Virus record (IMG/VR): IMGVR_UViG_3300042400_000815
Coordinates: 1 to 26,765 of that record
Reading direction: 5' to 3' (one strand)
DNA: 26,765 nucleotides
Source of the DNA: a virus
Taxonomy: Duplodnaviria > Caudoviricetes
Numbering within the stretch: position 1 is the stretch's first letter; every line of letters starts with the position of its first letter. The position numbers and the translations under genes were made by a program. Under the pieces are notes generated by a model. That model saw only the letters and a list, made by a program, of their open reading frames with translations, was not told the origin of the DNA and searched no databases. Shown in pieces: positions 13,409 through 23,723 of the stretch.

Positions 13409-14911
13409 ATGGCTACTACATTACACTTTAATATAACCACCAAAAAGGTAAAGGTTGATCAAACAGTTTCTCAAGACTTGTATGGTATTATCACAGGTCC
13501 ATCAGGTGTTGCTTTCATTACAAAAAATTCATTGGGGAATGAATTAATTGATAACGATACGGAGTCGATTTATTTCAACCTTCCTCTTGACACTTCAAAC
13601 AATATTGTTTTTGGGACTTACACAATAAAGTACGGCACTGCGATAATCGATCCTAATAATTCAGCTACATATACTGCGGAATCTTTTACATATTTAGGAG
13701 CTGATATTTTATCTGCTTGTTTTACTGTAGAGCATAATTGTGATTACTACCCAACAGGTTTAATTTCAGCAACTGACTCTACTTATTACGGAAATGACGC
13801 AGGTACTGCAAGCAGCCCTGAGATTCTTTCTCGCACTATATCTTTATTCTATCCTGAAGGTTTAGTAAATCCGACTCCTGCTGTTAACCCAGCAGAGGGA
13901 GTGCAATCACCAATTACTACAGGAAATTACACCTTAACTGTTGACACTCTTGCTACAGGAATGTGGACAGCTATCATGGATGTTGAACTTTTGTATACTC
14001 AAGATGACGATTTGGTTATTGAATATCAATTAAAGAAGACATTAAATCATAATGTAGCATGTGTAGGTCAATTATGTTCTATTAACGAATGTATTGACGG
14101 CATGACTCAAGCGTTTAATTCTGACGTTGCTTGCGGTGTTACTACTCCTCGTTATGCAAAGCAATTAACATTAATTAATGCTTACTTCTCTCAATATCAA
14201 ATGGAGAGAGCTTGCGGCAATACAGCTAAGGCTAATGAGTACTTGAACTTAATGAACGAATTAGTTGGAGGTGAATCTTCTTGCGGTTGTTCAGGATCAG
14301 GTTCTTGTTCAGGTTCTTGCGGATCTTCTTGCTCTTGTGATTCTTGTGGAGATGATAACACACCACGTTGGATTAATACTCCTGGATCTACTACTCAGTC
14401 TATTTTAGAGCAGATCCAAAGTGATATAACAAATATTGAAGAGGATATTGTGCAATTGCAGGACGAGGATACTGATATTTGGAATGCGATAGATGATATT
14501 CAAAGTGATATAACAAATATACAAGGTGATATTACTACAATTGAAGGTGATATAACTACACTGCAAGCTGATGTGGAAGCTCTTCAGCCTACATATAAGG
14601 TTTATACAGCTCTTATGAGTCAAACAGGGACTAACGCTCCAACAGCGATTGTTTTAGAAAACACAATAGGAAGTATCTTGTGGACTAGAGTTTCTGCTGG
14701 AGTTTACAGAGCAACATTAGCCGATACATTTTTAATTGATAAGTTATTTATACCTTGCCCTAGTAATGGTTTTGATTCTTCTGTTAATACAGGTGGAGGT
14801 GGAGCTTCATATAAACTAGCTAGAAACAATGACGCTATTATTCAATTAACAACTTCTTCAACCGATGATGTGTTGAACTACACTCCAATTGAAATTCGAG
14901 TATATAACTAA
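13409..14911 (+). CDS. Putative virion fibre/hub protein: N-terminal Cys-containing domain, Cys/Ser/Gly linker, coiled coil, C-terminal beta domain (500 aa)
   Basis: Start moved to ATG 13409 (track start lies in a terminator). CGCSGSGSCSGSCGSSCSCDSC linker, (I/L)QxDITxI heptads and C-terminal YKVYTALMSQTGTNAPT...LENTIG-x3-WTR-x3-GVY. Confidence 0.6.
   Translation: MATTLHFNITTKKVKVDQTVSQDLYGIITGPSGVAFITKNSLGNELIDNDTESIYFNLPLDTSNNIVFGTYTIKYGTAIIDPNNSATYTAESFTYLGADILSACFTVEHNCDYYPTGLISATDSTYYGNDAGTASSPEILSRTISLFYPEGLVNPTPAVNPAEGVQSPITTGNYTLTVDTLATGMWTAIMDVELLYTQDDDLVIEYQLKKTLNHNVACVGQLCSINECIDGMTQAFNSDVACGVTTPRYAKQLTLINAYFSQYQMERACGNTAKANEYLNLMNELVGGESSCGCSGSGSCSGSCGSSCSCDSCGDDNTPRWINTPGSTTQSILEQIQSDITNIEEDIVQLQDEDTDIWNAIDDIQSDITNIQGDITTIEGDITTLQADVEALQPTYKVYTALMSQTGTNAPTAIVLENTIGSILWTRVSAGVYRATLADTFLIDKLFIPCPSNGFDSSVNTGGGGASYKLARNNDAIIQLTTSSTDDVLNYTPIEIRVYN
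14417..14584 (+). repeat. Intragenic 21-bp (heptad) tandem repeats
   Basis: CAAAGTGATATAACAAATAT is identical at 14417-14436 and 14501-14520 (84 bp apart); degenerate 21-bp units continue to ~14584. Confidence 0.8.
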
Positions 14912-14917
14912 TAAAGT

Positions 14918-15664
14918 ATGACACTAGACGTAATATACGAACAAGTTTATTTAAAGCTAGGAAAGGATGCCTATGGTAACGTAGTGACTCCCGACAGCTT
15001 TAATAAAGCACTGAGCTACTCTAATATCGAGAAGCTGAATGACTTCTTAGTTGTGCTAGAGCAGGATGAGGAGATGATTGATAATCTACGTCCTTTTGTT
15101 GTTACGCTTGGTGATAGCTCATCATCTCCAATTTATTTAGATGATTACGGATACGCTGCTCTTCCTTCAGATTACGTAAGATATGTTCAGAGTAGCCGTA
15201 TGGATTACACGAACAGTACTAGCGGATCTACGGAGGTTTATAGGCATATTGAGATGTTAACAAATAAGGATTTCTCTTATAGACTTAGCACATCTTTATA
15301 TGCTCCAACTATAAGTAGACCAATTGCTACAATACAGAATGAAAAGTTATTAGTTAGACCGAGAGGTATAAATGACATTAGTTTTACTTATGTTAGAATG
15401 CCATTAACTCCCAACTACGACTATGACTTTAGTGATATCACTTTGCTTCCTGTATACCTTCCTCCAGGGACAGATCACGGTGATCTTCCTGACACTACTG
15501 TAAGACCTGGTTTTACGGCAGGAGATCCGAGTGAGAGTGTTGAATTGGAATGGCCAGAAGACGTTCATGATGATATCATCAATATTATTTATAAATTCTT
15601 CGCTATCAATCTTAAGGATATGAATAGCTTACAGACGATAGAAATTGAAAAAGGTAGACCATAA
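14918..15664 (+). CDS. Tail ring / head-tail adaptor protein (putative)
   Basis: 248 aa; LPSDY, YVRMP and ELEWPEDVHDDII patterns of podoviral adaptor/tail-tubular-A-like proteins; located upstream of the muzzle gene. Confidence 0.6.
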   Translation: MTLDVIYEQVYLKLGKDAYGNVVTPDSFNKALSYSNIEKLNDFLVVLEQDEEMIDNLRPFVVTLGDSSSSPIYLDDYGYAALPSDYVRYVQSSRMDYTNSTSGSTEVYRHIEMLTNKDFSYRLSTSLYAPTISRPIATIQNEKLLVRPRGINDISFTYVRMPLTPNYDYDFSDITLLPVYLPPGTDHGDLPDTTVRPGFTAGDPSESVELEWPEDVHDDIINIIYKFFAINLKDMNSLQTIEIEKGRP

Positions 15665-16257
15665 TGACTAAGAGAGACCTAGTAGATTTAATACAAGAGC
15701 GTTTGGCTAGCGGTGACGTGCCGAATGATATTATGGGGCGTTATAAGTATCAGACAGTGTCTGCTCTTATTGCCATTGTATACCAAGAAGCTGCTACGGC
15801 TGACAACTCAGTACTTGGCACCATGGTATTACCATACGACCTGCCAGTAACTTGTGAGAACGGAAAGTACTTTAGCACGCTTACTGCTGCTCCTGCATAC
15901 GGTCCGATGAGTGTTAAATACGCTACAGACTCTTGCGGCAATACTTACTACTCTCGTCAAAGTGACGATCAGAATTTATTCTTAAGTAGAATTAAGAATA
16001 TGTCTAAGCCTGAGTTCTATGTTCGAGGTAAGAAATTAATCTGGACTTGTAATCCAAACTTTGATACAACTACAGTTTATATGGTTCCTAACTTCTTAGA
16101 TATGGATGATAATGAGGAAGCAGTAATGCCTAGCTCTATATCAGCCATTTTAACTCGTGTGATTGAATTAGTTCGCGCTACAGATACGAGACCTCAAGAA
16201 GTTGTAAACAATACGAGCCAAGATAATACTCCTAAACAAACTAATTACGCTCAATAA
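15664..16257 (+). CDS. Tail ring-like structural protein (putative)
   Basis: 197 aa, coupled by TAATG overlaps at both ends; function from synteny. Confidence 0.5.
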   Translation: MTKRDLVDLIQERLASGDVPNDIMGRYKYQTVSALIAIVYQEAATADNSVLGTMVLPYDLPVTCENGKYFSTLTAAPAYGPMSVKYATDSCGNTYYSRQSDDQNLFLSRIKNMSKPEFYVRGKKLIWTCNPNFDTTTVYMVPNFLDMDDNEEAVMPSSISAILTRVIELVRATDTRPQEVVNNTSQDNTPKQTNYAQ

Positions 16258-17000
16258 TGGAAGGTACTCCAGTAAAAAATATAGAATACGTAATTCAATC
16301 TGCACTCAACCGTGTTAAGGGGCAGACTACAGAGATCCCTCGTTTAGAGCAGATCGGTATAGAATGGATGAGTGAGGTTGTTAGAGGGACTACAGCTTTC
16401 CCTTGCCTTAAGGTAGCACACTTAGATATTAACTCAGTTAATCAAGTTGCCCTTCCTCCTGATATCATGAGATACACAAAGATTGCTCTTGACTACGGTG
16501 GACGCTTGTGGACACTAGGCCTCGATCCGAACATGTCCCTTCCCACAGACATGCAAGCGTGTGATAGTATAACGCAAGCAGGTGTAACAGACGTTCAGAC
16601 TGGAGTGTATTTTATTGACCACTCATGGAACGGAGTTTATTTCCCTGCCCTCTTTGCAGCAGGTGGTGGATTTAACCAGGCTTACTACAGAGTGGATCCT
16701 ACAAATACTTTTATACAATTAAGTAATGAGGTGCGAGGAGGAAAGATTGTCCTAGAGTATTTAAGCACAGGTGCCGATATTAACTCTCAGACTCTTGTCC
16801 CTCACTACTATATCGAGCCAATGAGGAATTATATCATATGGCAATTAGCAGAATTTGAACCACAGAAATATCCTGTAAACACTGTAAACAGAGAGAGAAT
16901 TTATACCGAGTCTATGGCAGATGCAGCGATGTCTCAAGGTAATACTATTGATGAATTACTTGATGCATACTACTCAGCTCCTGGATTAAAACTACGATAA
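16257..17000 (+). CDS. Tail ring / adaptor protein (putative)
   Basis: 247 aa; VALPPD-x3-YTKI, IVLEYLS-x-G and VP-x4-E-x4-YIIW patterns; immediately precedes the muzzle gene. Confidence 0.6.
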   Translation: MEGTPVKNIEYVIQSALNRVKGQTTEIPRLEQIGIEWMSEVVRGTTAFPCLKVAHLDINSVNQVALPPDIMRYTKIALDYGGRLWTLGLDPNMSLPTDMQACDSITQAGVTDVQTGVYFIDHSWNGVYFPALFAAGGGFNQAYYRVDPTNTFIQLSNEVRGGKIVLEYLSTGADINSQTLVPHYYIEPMRNYIIWQLAEFEPQKYPVNTVNRERIYTESMADAAMSQGNTIDELLDAYYSAPGLKLR

Positions 17001-17003
17001 GAT

Positions 17004-20000
17004 ATGTACTCACAGTCAAACTTTTTTTACGGAGGTATAAATACCGATGATGAGGACCGCTTAATACCAAATACAGATTTTAGAGATGCTTTTTACTCTA
17101 GAAACTATGGTATTAACACTTCAGATGAGGGAGCTTTACAGTCAATGACTGGTAACTTATTAAGAACCAATAACAATTTGCCTATTGGAATTAATATTGT
17201 TATCGGTGCCTGTGAGGATACCGAAGGAAAGGAAGCGAATACAAGTGGCAACTTAATTCTCTTTGTGTGGAATGATTTAGATTACCACACGATTTGGAGA
17301 TACAGCACTCAAGATTTATCGTATACAAAGATACTTGAGAGTTCTATCCTTAATTTTAAATTAGATTATCCTATTTATCACTCAGCGGTTGTTAATAACT
17401 TGCTGTATTGGACCGATAATTATTTTAACTCATACGAAGGAAATGATTTCAATCCTCCTCGAAAAATTAATATTGAGAAGGCAATTCTATACACTGAATC
17501 AGGCGGTACAGATCCTAATGGTTATTCTGAAATTACTTTTGATAATTTAGATTGGATCAAACACCCTCCTCTATTTTCTCCTGAGCCAGAATATTTTACC
17601 GATACTACTGAGACTGCAAATAACCTAAAGAATAAATTATTTCAGTTCCGTTACCAATATATCTATGACGATAACGAAGAATCCGCATGGTCTCCAATAT
17701 CAATTATGGCACTTCCTCCAAGTGGGGAATACATCTCTCAAACAGTAAATATTGATCCCTTTATAGATAATACTATTAAATTAGATATAAGCACAGGATC
17801 CTCTATTGTGAGATTGATTCGCGTGGCATACCGCATTGGAAATACAGGCGAATTTTTCTTATACAAAGAGTATGACAAATTAGAAGAGGGGTGGGATAAT
17901 GAAGATACTGAGACCATAACATTCAAAAACGAGACCTCAGGGCCTGCAATAAGCAACTCTGAGAGAAACTACGACCTAATACCTCAAGTAGCAAAAGCAA
18001 TTGAATACTTGCCATCTAATGAGTTCGCAATAGGTAATTACGTAGAAGGTTACGACAAGCCTGAAGTTAGCACAAGTGACTTTCAATTTACTATTGACAG
18101 ATTCGCAATTGAAGATACGGCATTTACAACTCCTTTAGCTGATTTTATAAATGCTTATATAAGTTTAGGGTATCGATCTCAGGTAATTAGTTTATGTAAT
18201 TACGATGGGGATGATTTTGTAAAGTATAGATTTGAACCTGGAGACACTATTATTATTCAGTTAAAAGATTTAGATTCGTATTTAAATAATACAGTCTTAC
18301 CAGATCCTGCTTTATACTTTACGGTGCCAGAAATAGATGGCGCATTGTATGGTACAGATTTATCCAAAATAGCTTATGTAAATACTTTGTTAATTGATTT
18401 CTTAGCTGAAAATGGGGTTAACGCGTTGGTTGTTCCAGCAAATACTATAGTAATAGGAAGTAATACTATTTCATGGGATACATTACAGCTGACGGCAAAA
18501 ACTTGGTTTAGCCAGACGGAGCAACAATTAGACACGTCTAACACAACTTCTTATAATTCAAAAATAACAGTTTTAAGAAACAATAAATCCACAAGAACTT
18601 TTAAAACTGGTGCTAGTCATGAATTTGCAATTCAATATTACGATAGAGCAAATCGTGACGGAACAGCCGTATTAATTCCAGCAGGGGAAGTATATAATCC
18701 TTTTAATACAGATCTATCTGATAATAACTTAAATAACAATTTAGGATTTAATAGACAGCCTTATTATACTCAGATGTTATTGGAAATAGCTAATGATTTT
18801 CAACCACCTGTATGGGCAACAAATTATCAAATATTATATAAACCATCTACAAATATTGCTAATTTCCAACAGCGTTCTGTTAAATCAATTATTTATAATC
18901 CTGACAATACAATATCTTTAATTTTAGAAAATTATTATAAGTCAGATGATAATGGACAATTCATAGGTGCTTCAATAAATCAAACTCCATCTCAAAGAGA
19001 TCTAGTTCGTTTTGTTAGAAAAAGAGCTTTGTTTGAAAAAGAAAAAAATGAGGTTTTATTAGCTATTGGTAATGATATAATAACTACAAGTCAAGCAACA
19101 TCAAGCACGTATCTATTTGATTTGGCAACTTATTTAACAGAAGCTTTTGATCCTGGATCTGATTTTAATCCTGTAACAGGTATATATACAGTACCTGCAA
19201 CAGACAATTACAATTTTAGTTTTTTAGGTCAATTGCTATTAACTTGGGAAAGCGGATATGCAGATCCAAATTCTGTAACTCTCATACCAGGAATAACTAT
19301 AAATGGTGGAGCTTTTACTCAAATAGCTGCTCCTTATGGTTTTGCATACCCAACATCACCTATTACTTTTAATGTAAATAGCCAACAGTATTTTTCTTTA
19401 ACCGCTGGAGATCAAATTAAATTTTATTTAAAAGTAGGTAATGAACCTATTGGCCCAGTGTATTCACCAACAGCAACTTTAGATATCGAAGGGTTACAGG
19501 TTAAGGTATTTAACGGATTAGTTGATTATGACAATTACCATTATTACCCTGAATATGTAACAGATGATATTAACAAAATTCAAGAGCTGAATGTCATGCT
19601 ATACGATCCAGCAGGTGGGCCTGAAGGAGAAGAGATGATTACGGTAAATTATTTTGACTCTAATTTACTTGGTGATTATTTACAGTACACAGGAGAAAAT
19701 ACAAATAAGACTTTAGTAAGCGGAGGGTTTCAGATTGAGATTTACACTCCTAAAAAACAAAGTGAGAATGATCCTTGGTTTGAGACAGGCATAGAGTTTC
19801 CAATATTAAATGCTCATACGGAAGATCGTGTACATGGAGGTGATACAAATCAAGTATTAAATATAACTAATGCTGAATTAAATCTTGATTGTGGTGACGT
19901 TTATATACGTCAACGTATTATGGCAACAGGGTATACTTATACGGGAGATCTAGAGAATATTGGAGATGCCAATGATAATTTAGGATCTTGGTTCTGCGAA

Positions 20001-21458
20001 GATCCTCACTACTCTGACTACTATATTTCTAATTGGAATAACAAAGGGCGTATTGCTCTATATTCTCCATTTGCTAAGAGACAGCATTTAAAATCTTCTA
20101 TATATCACACCAATGCATTTATTGATAATACTCAAATAAACGGACTGAGCCGAGTTGAGTTCTTTAATAATGTAGCTCTTAAAGAAGAGCAGGGTGGTAT
20201 TAATAAATTGATTCAAGTAGGAGATATATTAAAATCATTCCAAGACAGAAAGATTACCTCTGTGTATATACAAAAGGCATTTGCTCTTAATGGAGATGGA
20301 ACGAACAATGTAATCCTCTCTGATAAGACATTTGCAGGTATTCGACCTCACGATGATGACTACGGTACAATACACGCAGGATCAGTTTCTCGTGTAGAGA
20401 ATAATGTATTCTTCTATGATTATTACAATTCTGCATTTGCAGTAGTAACAGCAGGTGGAGTTATTAACATATGTGAACAAGACAAGAAGTTTTCAAAAGG
20501 GGTACGTGATTTAACGGCAAGAATAAATAATATTTACGGAGGTTATAACAACGCTAATATCTGGTCTCACATCAACCGTAATAATAACGAATATACATTT
20601 TATGTAAGCGATAAAGTTTCTAGTAACCTCCCTACACAAAATGAGATATCTGTTTTTGCCATGACTAAGCCAAACCAAATAATCTTAGTTGGCAATTACA
20701 CAAGTGTATTATCTTCAGGTGACACTATTTTTATAGATGGATCTAGCAATCCTGAAAATAACGGTTCTTTTGTAATATCATCAGTATCATATAATGCAAA
20801 AACGGGATCTACTCAAGTATTAATCTCTAATCCTCCAATAGGTTTTGACAATGAGACAGGTCCAGGTGTTTCGCTCTATTACTACGGTGATTTTGAAGAA
20901 ACTTCTGGAGAAGGTATGTCTTATTCCTATGAGAGAAATAGATGGATTACTCGTCTTCAACATGGCGTTGCTTTTGCCACTCAATTAGGTAACAGAGCTT
21001 ACTCTACGGGAGGTGGAAATATATTTACATTTGGAGAGTTATATGAAGAGAATTTTGGCTCAGAATTAACTTTTTTAGGTTTAGTTAGAACCCAACAATT
21101 AGACTTTGTATTTAATGATAATCCAACGGTTGTGAAAAGATTCTACACTCACTTGCAACAGGCTAACTACCCATTTTATGTACAGGTATCTGTTCCTGCG
21201 AATCAAACATATCCATTGGGCATGTCGAGTAATATTCCTTCAGCAGTTCTTAAAAATCAAGAGGGGTACTACGTCTCAAGATATTTCAGAGATTTAAACG
21301 ATCCTGCTTTTACCTCTCCTCTAGAGGCGAGAATGAATGGTAGAGAGCTTAGAGGATACGTATTAAAACACACTCTAACAAACTCTGATACAAGCGTTAA
21401 AAAAATACTTATGAATGTTGGTGTTAACTTCGCAGCGTCAGAACCAATAATTCAGTAA
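17004..21458 (+). CDS. Tail muzzle/nozzle (stabilization protein, P22 gp10 / crAss muzzle-like), 1484 aa
   Basis: N-terminal F-x-GGINTD-x-EDRLIP-x2-DFRDA, LLYWTDN...PPRKINI, FRYQYIYDDNEES-x-WSP-x-S, IGNYVEGYD, QYYDRANR; beta-rich; lies between ring and cargo genes. Confidence 0.75.
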   Translation: MYSQSNFFYGGINTDDEDRLIPNTDFRDAFYSRNYGINTSDEGALQSMTGNLLRTNNNLPIGINIVIGACEDTEGKEANTSGNLILFVWNDLDYHTIWRYSTQDLSYTKILESSILNFKLDYPIYHSAVVNNLLYWTDNYFNSYEGNDFNPPRKINIEKAILYTESGGTDPNGYSEITFDNLDWIKHPPLFSPEPEYFTDTTETANNLKNKLFQFRYQYIYDDNEESAWSPISIMALPPSGEYISQTVNIDPFIDNTIKLDISTGSSIVRLIRVAYRIGNTGEFFLYKEYDKLEEGWDNEDTETITFKNETSGPAISNSERNYDLIPQVAKAIEYLPSNEFAIGNYVEGYDKPEVSTSDFQFTIDRFAIEDTAFTTPLADFINAYISLGYRSQVISLCNYDGDDFVKYRFEPGDTIIIQLKDLDSYLNNTVLPDPALYFTVPEIDGALYGTDLSKIAYVNTLLIDFLAENGVNALVVPANTIVIGSNTISWDTLQLTAKTWFSQTEQQLDTSNTTSYNSKITVLRNNKSTRTFKTGASHEFAIQYYDRANRDGTAVLIPAGEVYNPFNTDLSDNNLNNNLGFNRQPYYTQMLLEIANDFQPPVWATNYQILYKPSTNIANFQQRSVKSIIYNPDNTISLILENYYKSDDNGQFIGASINQTPSQRDLVRFVRKRALFEKEKNEVLLAIGNDIITTSQATSSTYLFDLATYLTEAFDPGSDFNPVTGIYTVPATDNYNFSFLGQLLLTWESGYADPNSVTLIPGITINGGAFTQIAAPYGFAYPTSPITFNVNSQQYFSLTAGDQIKFYLKVGNEPIGPVYSPTATLDIEGLQVKVFNGLVDYDNYHYYPEYVTDDINKIQELNVMLYDPAGGPEGEEMITVNYFDSNLLGDYLQYTGENTNKTLVSGGFQIEIYTPKKQSENDPWFETGIEFPILNAHTEDRVHGGDTNQVLNITNAELNLDCGDVYIRQRIMATGYTYTGDLENIGDANDNLGSWFCEDPHYSDYYISNWNNKGRIALYSPFAKRQHLKSSIYHTNAFIDNTQINGLSRVEFFNNVALKEEQGGINKLIQVGDILKSFQDRKITSVYIQKAFALNGDGTNNVILSDKTFAGIRPHDDDYGTIHAGSVSRVENNVFFYDYYNSAFAVVTAGGVINICEQDKKFSKGVRDLTARINNIYGGYNNANIWSHINRNNNEYTFYVSDKVSSNLPTQNEISVFAMTKPNQIILVGNYTSVLSSGDTIFIDGSSNPENNGSFVISSVSYNAKTGSTQVLISNPPIGFDNETGPGVSLYYYGDFEETSGEGMSYSYERNRWITRLQHGVAFATQLGNRAYSTGGGNIFTFGELYEENFGSELTFLGLVRTQQLDFVFNDNPTVVKRFYTHLQQANYPFYVQVSVPANQTYPLGMSSNIPSAVLKNQEGYYVSRYFRDLNDPAFTSPLEARMNGRELRGYVLKHTLTNSDTSVKKILMNVGVNFAASEPIIQ

Positions 21459-21466
21459 TTTTTTTG

Positions 21467-21474
21467 TATATTTG
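21467..21474 (+). promoter_or_regulatory. Bacteroidota -7 element upstream of the cargo genes
   Basis: TATATTTG ending 20 nt before ATG 21495, in a 36-nt intergenic gap. Confidence 0.55.
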
Positions 21475-21494
21475 AACTTTAAATTTATATTGAC

Positions 21495-22181
21495 ATGAGT
21501 TTAGCACTATTAGGAGCAATACAGGCCGCAGGCCAGATAGGCTACGGAGCATACCAACAAATACAAGCTAAGAATCTTCAGAAGAAACTTGGACCTCAAC
21601 CTACGTATGATTTTGATTTTGCTAAGAGAGGCGTTGCAGGTCAATTAAACCTTGCTCAAGGCGAGGCTCCTGGGTTAACTCAACAACTACAGGCTGTTAA
21701 TCAGAACGTGGCTAATACCACTCAGAACATAGCTAATATGGCACCTTCTGGAGCAGCAGGTCTTGGAGCCTTAGTTGGTGTTAACGCTAATGCTAATCAG
21801 TCCTATGCTGATATTATTGGCCAAGGAGCTATGACTAAGCAAGGTCTTCTCCAAAACTACTTGCAAGGAGTTAGTGGATTGCAAGGCTATGCAGATCAAG
21901 CTTTTCAGATTAATAAATTAGGGCCTTATAAAGAAATGCAAGGAGATGTAAAAGAACTACTACTAGCAGGTAATCAAAACATTGGTGGTGGTATAGCCTC
22001 AGGTTTTGATACTATTGGATCCTCAATTGCAGCTAATTCTGTAGGAGATTTAACCACTCAGGCTGCTACTCTTAAAAGCATGAATCTCAGTAAGGAAGCA
22101 GTTTTAAAAGCAATAGAAGGCCTTCCTGAGACAGATGCAACATATAAGTTATACAAATCACAATATCCCCAATATTTCTAA
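21495..22181 (+). CDS. Putative internal virion (ejection/cargo) protein, small
   Basis: 228 aa, Ala/Gly/Gln-rich, with a hydrophobic Gly-rich N-terminus (MSLALLGAIQAAGQIGYGA); first gene after the nozzle, as in podoviral ejection modules. Confidence 0.6.
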   Translation: MSLALLGAIQAAGQIGYGAYQQIQAKNLQKKLGPQPTYDFDFAKRGVAGQLNLAQGEAPGLTQQLQAVNQNVANTTQNIANMAPSGAAGLGALVGVNANANQSYADIIGQGAMTKQGLLQNYLQGVSGLQGYADQAFQINKLGPYKEMQGDVKELLLAGNQNIGGGIASGFDTIGSSIAANSVGDLTTQAATLKSMNLSKEAVLKAIEGLPETDATYKLYKSQYPQYF

Positions 22182-22183
22182 TA

Positions 22184-23662
22184 ATGGCTTTAGAAACAAA
22201 CGCTAGAATACCGAGTCCTTACGTATATCAACCAGTTGATTTTGGAGGGAAAATAGATGCTCAAGCTGCTAATAAAGCTGCTGCTTTAAAGGCAGGCGTA
22301 CAGGCTAAAAAAGATTTAAAGACTAAGAATGATGCTGCTCTTGCTGTTAAACCAACATGGACTACAGAGGGAGTTTTAAATGGTGCCATAGAGAATAAGG
22401 CAAACCAAATCCGTGATACATATAGCAAGATGGCTGCGGCAGGTATCCCAATTTGGGATGCAACTACTCCAGAGGGATCAGCCTTTGCTGAAGAGATTGC
22501 TGGCCTTAATAAATTCTCAAATGAGATGAAGGGTTATGAGCAAAACATTAATGAGATTGAGGCTGTTAAAGGTGCTGATAATGATGCTTACAATTATTAT
22601 GTTAAAAAGGTAGGTGAAGCTAAAACACCAGCTGATGTAGATGCAATCGTTACAGATTATAGAGAGAATAAAGATCTTCTTGCTAAAGCTCCTGATCTAC
22701 CAAAAGCTGTAGCTGCTACTGTAAATGCCACTGCTAAAAATAAAGATATAGTAGATATAGGAAAATTAAATAAGTTTGATAAAATCACAATCAAAAACTC
22801 AATTCCTGATGATAAGGTTCAAGATATATTTCAAGTAGCTAAAAATAGTGAGGCTTCTAAATTGGAAGAGAAGTTGTATGATTTTAAACAAAAAAATGGA
22901 ATTTTAGATCCTGAATTTGATAAATTTAATTCTTACGATGAGTATTTGATGGATCAAGTTAAAGATCAAATAGCCCTAACTGCAAGCGAGAGTGATCAGC
23001 TAAGAAGTCAATGGCAAATTAATATTAGCAATAATACAGGTGGTGCCAATCAAACAAATACAGGTAATGCAGCTATTGCAGGAGCAGGTAATGTTGGTTA
23101 TCAATTTAATAAAATCGGGACTCCTGAAAATGTTGGTGGAGTAATAATGATGCCAATAGATGTTAGTGATGATGCCGTAAGAACTACAGGAGCAGCAATA
23201 GAAAAACGTGGTAATCAGAATTACGTTAAGCTTGAAGATCTTTGGAGATTTGAAGATATAACCAATCCTTACTCTAAAATTCAATTAGATTGGGTGTGGA
23301 CAGATAAACAAGCAAAAGATAAAAACTGGAGACCAGACCAAGGTAAATACAGAACTATAGATAATAAAGAAGTTACAGGTAGACCAAGTGGTATTATATG
23401 GGACCAAGATGGGAATGGCTGGGCAAATATTGATAGTGGATCAGGTAACACGGCAAAAGTGTTGATATACCCTAAATCTAAAGATGCTTACGGTAGTCAA
23501 ACCGATGTAACTAATAATTCTATACAAAATGCTAAACAACTGTTAATTACTTTTGATGAAGCTACTCCAAAAGGAACATTAGACTCTAAAGCTATGAGCG
23601 ATCCTTGGGGTACTGTAAATAACATATTCAATAGAAAGACAGGTTTAGTTACAGATTTATAA
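22184..23662 (+). CDS. Putative internal virion (ejection/cargo) protein, medium
   Basis: 492 aa, Cys-free, helical Ala/Lys-rich N-terminal half; function from synteny. Confidence 0.55.
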   Translation: MALETNARIPSPYVYQPVDFGGKIDAQAANKAAALKAGVQAKKDLKTKNDAALAVKPTWTTEGVLNGAIENKANQIRDTYSKMAAAGIPIWDATTPEGSAFAEEIAGLNKFSNEMKGYEQNINEIEAVKGADNDAYNYYVKKVGEAKTPADVDAIVTDYRENKDLLAKAPDLPKAVAATVNATAKNKDIVDIGKLNKFDKITIKNSIPDDKVQDIFQVAKNSEASKLEEKLYDFKQKNGILDPEFDKFNSYDEYLMDQVKDQIALTASESDQLRSQWQINISNNTGGANQTNTGNAAIAGAGNVGYQFNKIGTPENVGGVIMMPIDVSDDAVRTTGAAIEKRGNQNYVKLEDLWRFEDITNPYSKIQLDWVWTDKQAKDKNWRPDQGKYRTIDNKEVTGRPSGIIWDQDGNGWANIDSGSGNTAKVLIYPKSKDAYGSQTDVTNNSIQNAKQLLITFDEATPKGTLDSKAMSDPWGTVNNIFNRKTGLVTDL

Positions 23663-23690
23663 CAAGGTGTAAAACATAGAGTTTTATTAT

Positions 23691-23698
23691 TATCTTTG
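23691..23698 (+). promoter_or_regulatory. Bacteroidota -7 element upstream of the large cargo gene
   Basis: TATCTTTG ending 25 nt before ATG 23724. Confidence 0.55.
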
Positions 23699-23723
23699 TT
23701 AAACTATAAAAAAAAATCTACGA

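Noticed and set aside
14417-14584. CRISPR array or DGR template/variable repeat
   Set aside because: Repeats are in-frame heptad codons within a CDS; no unique spacers, no adenine-specific variation and no reverse transcriptase in the window.
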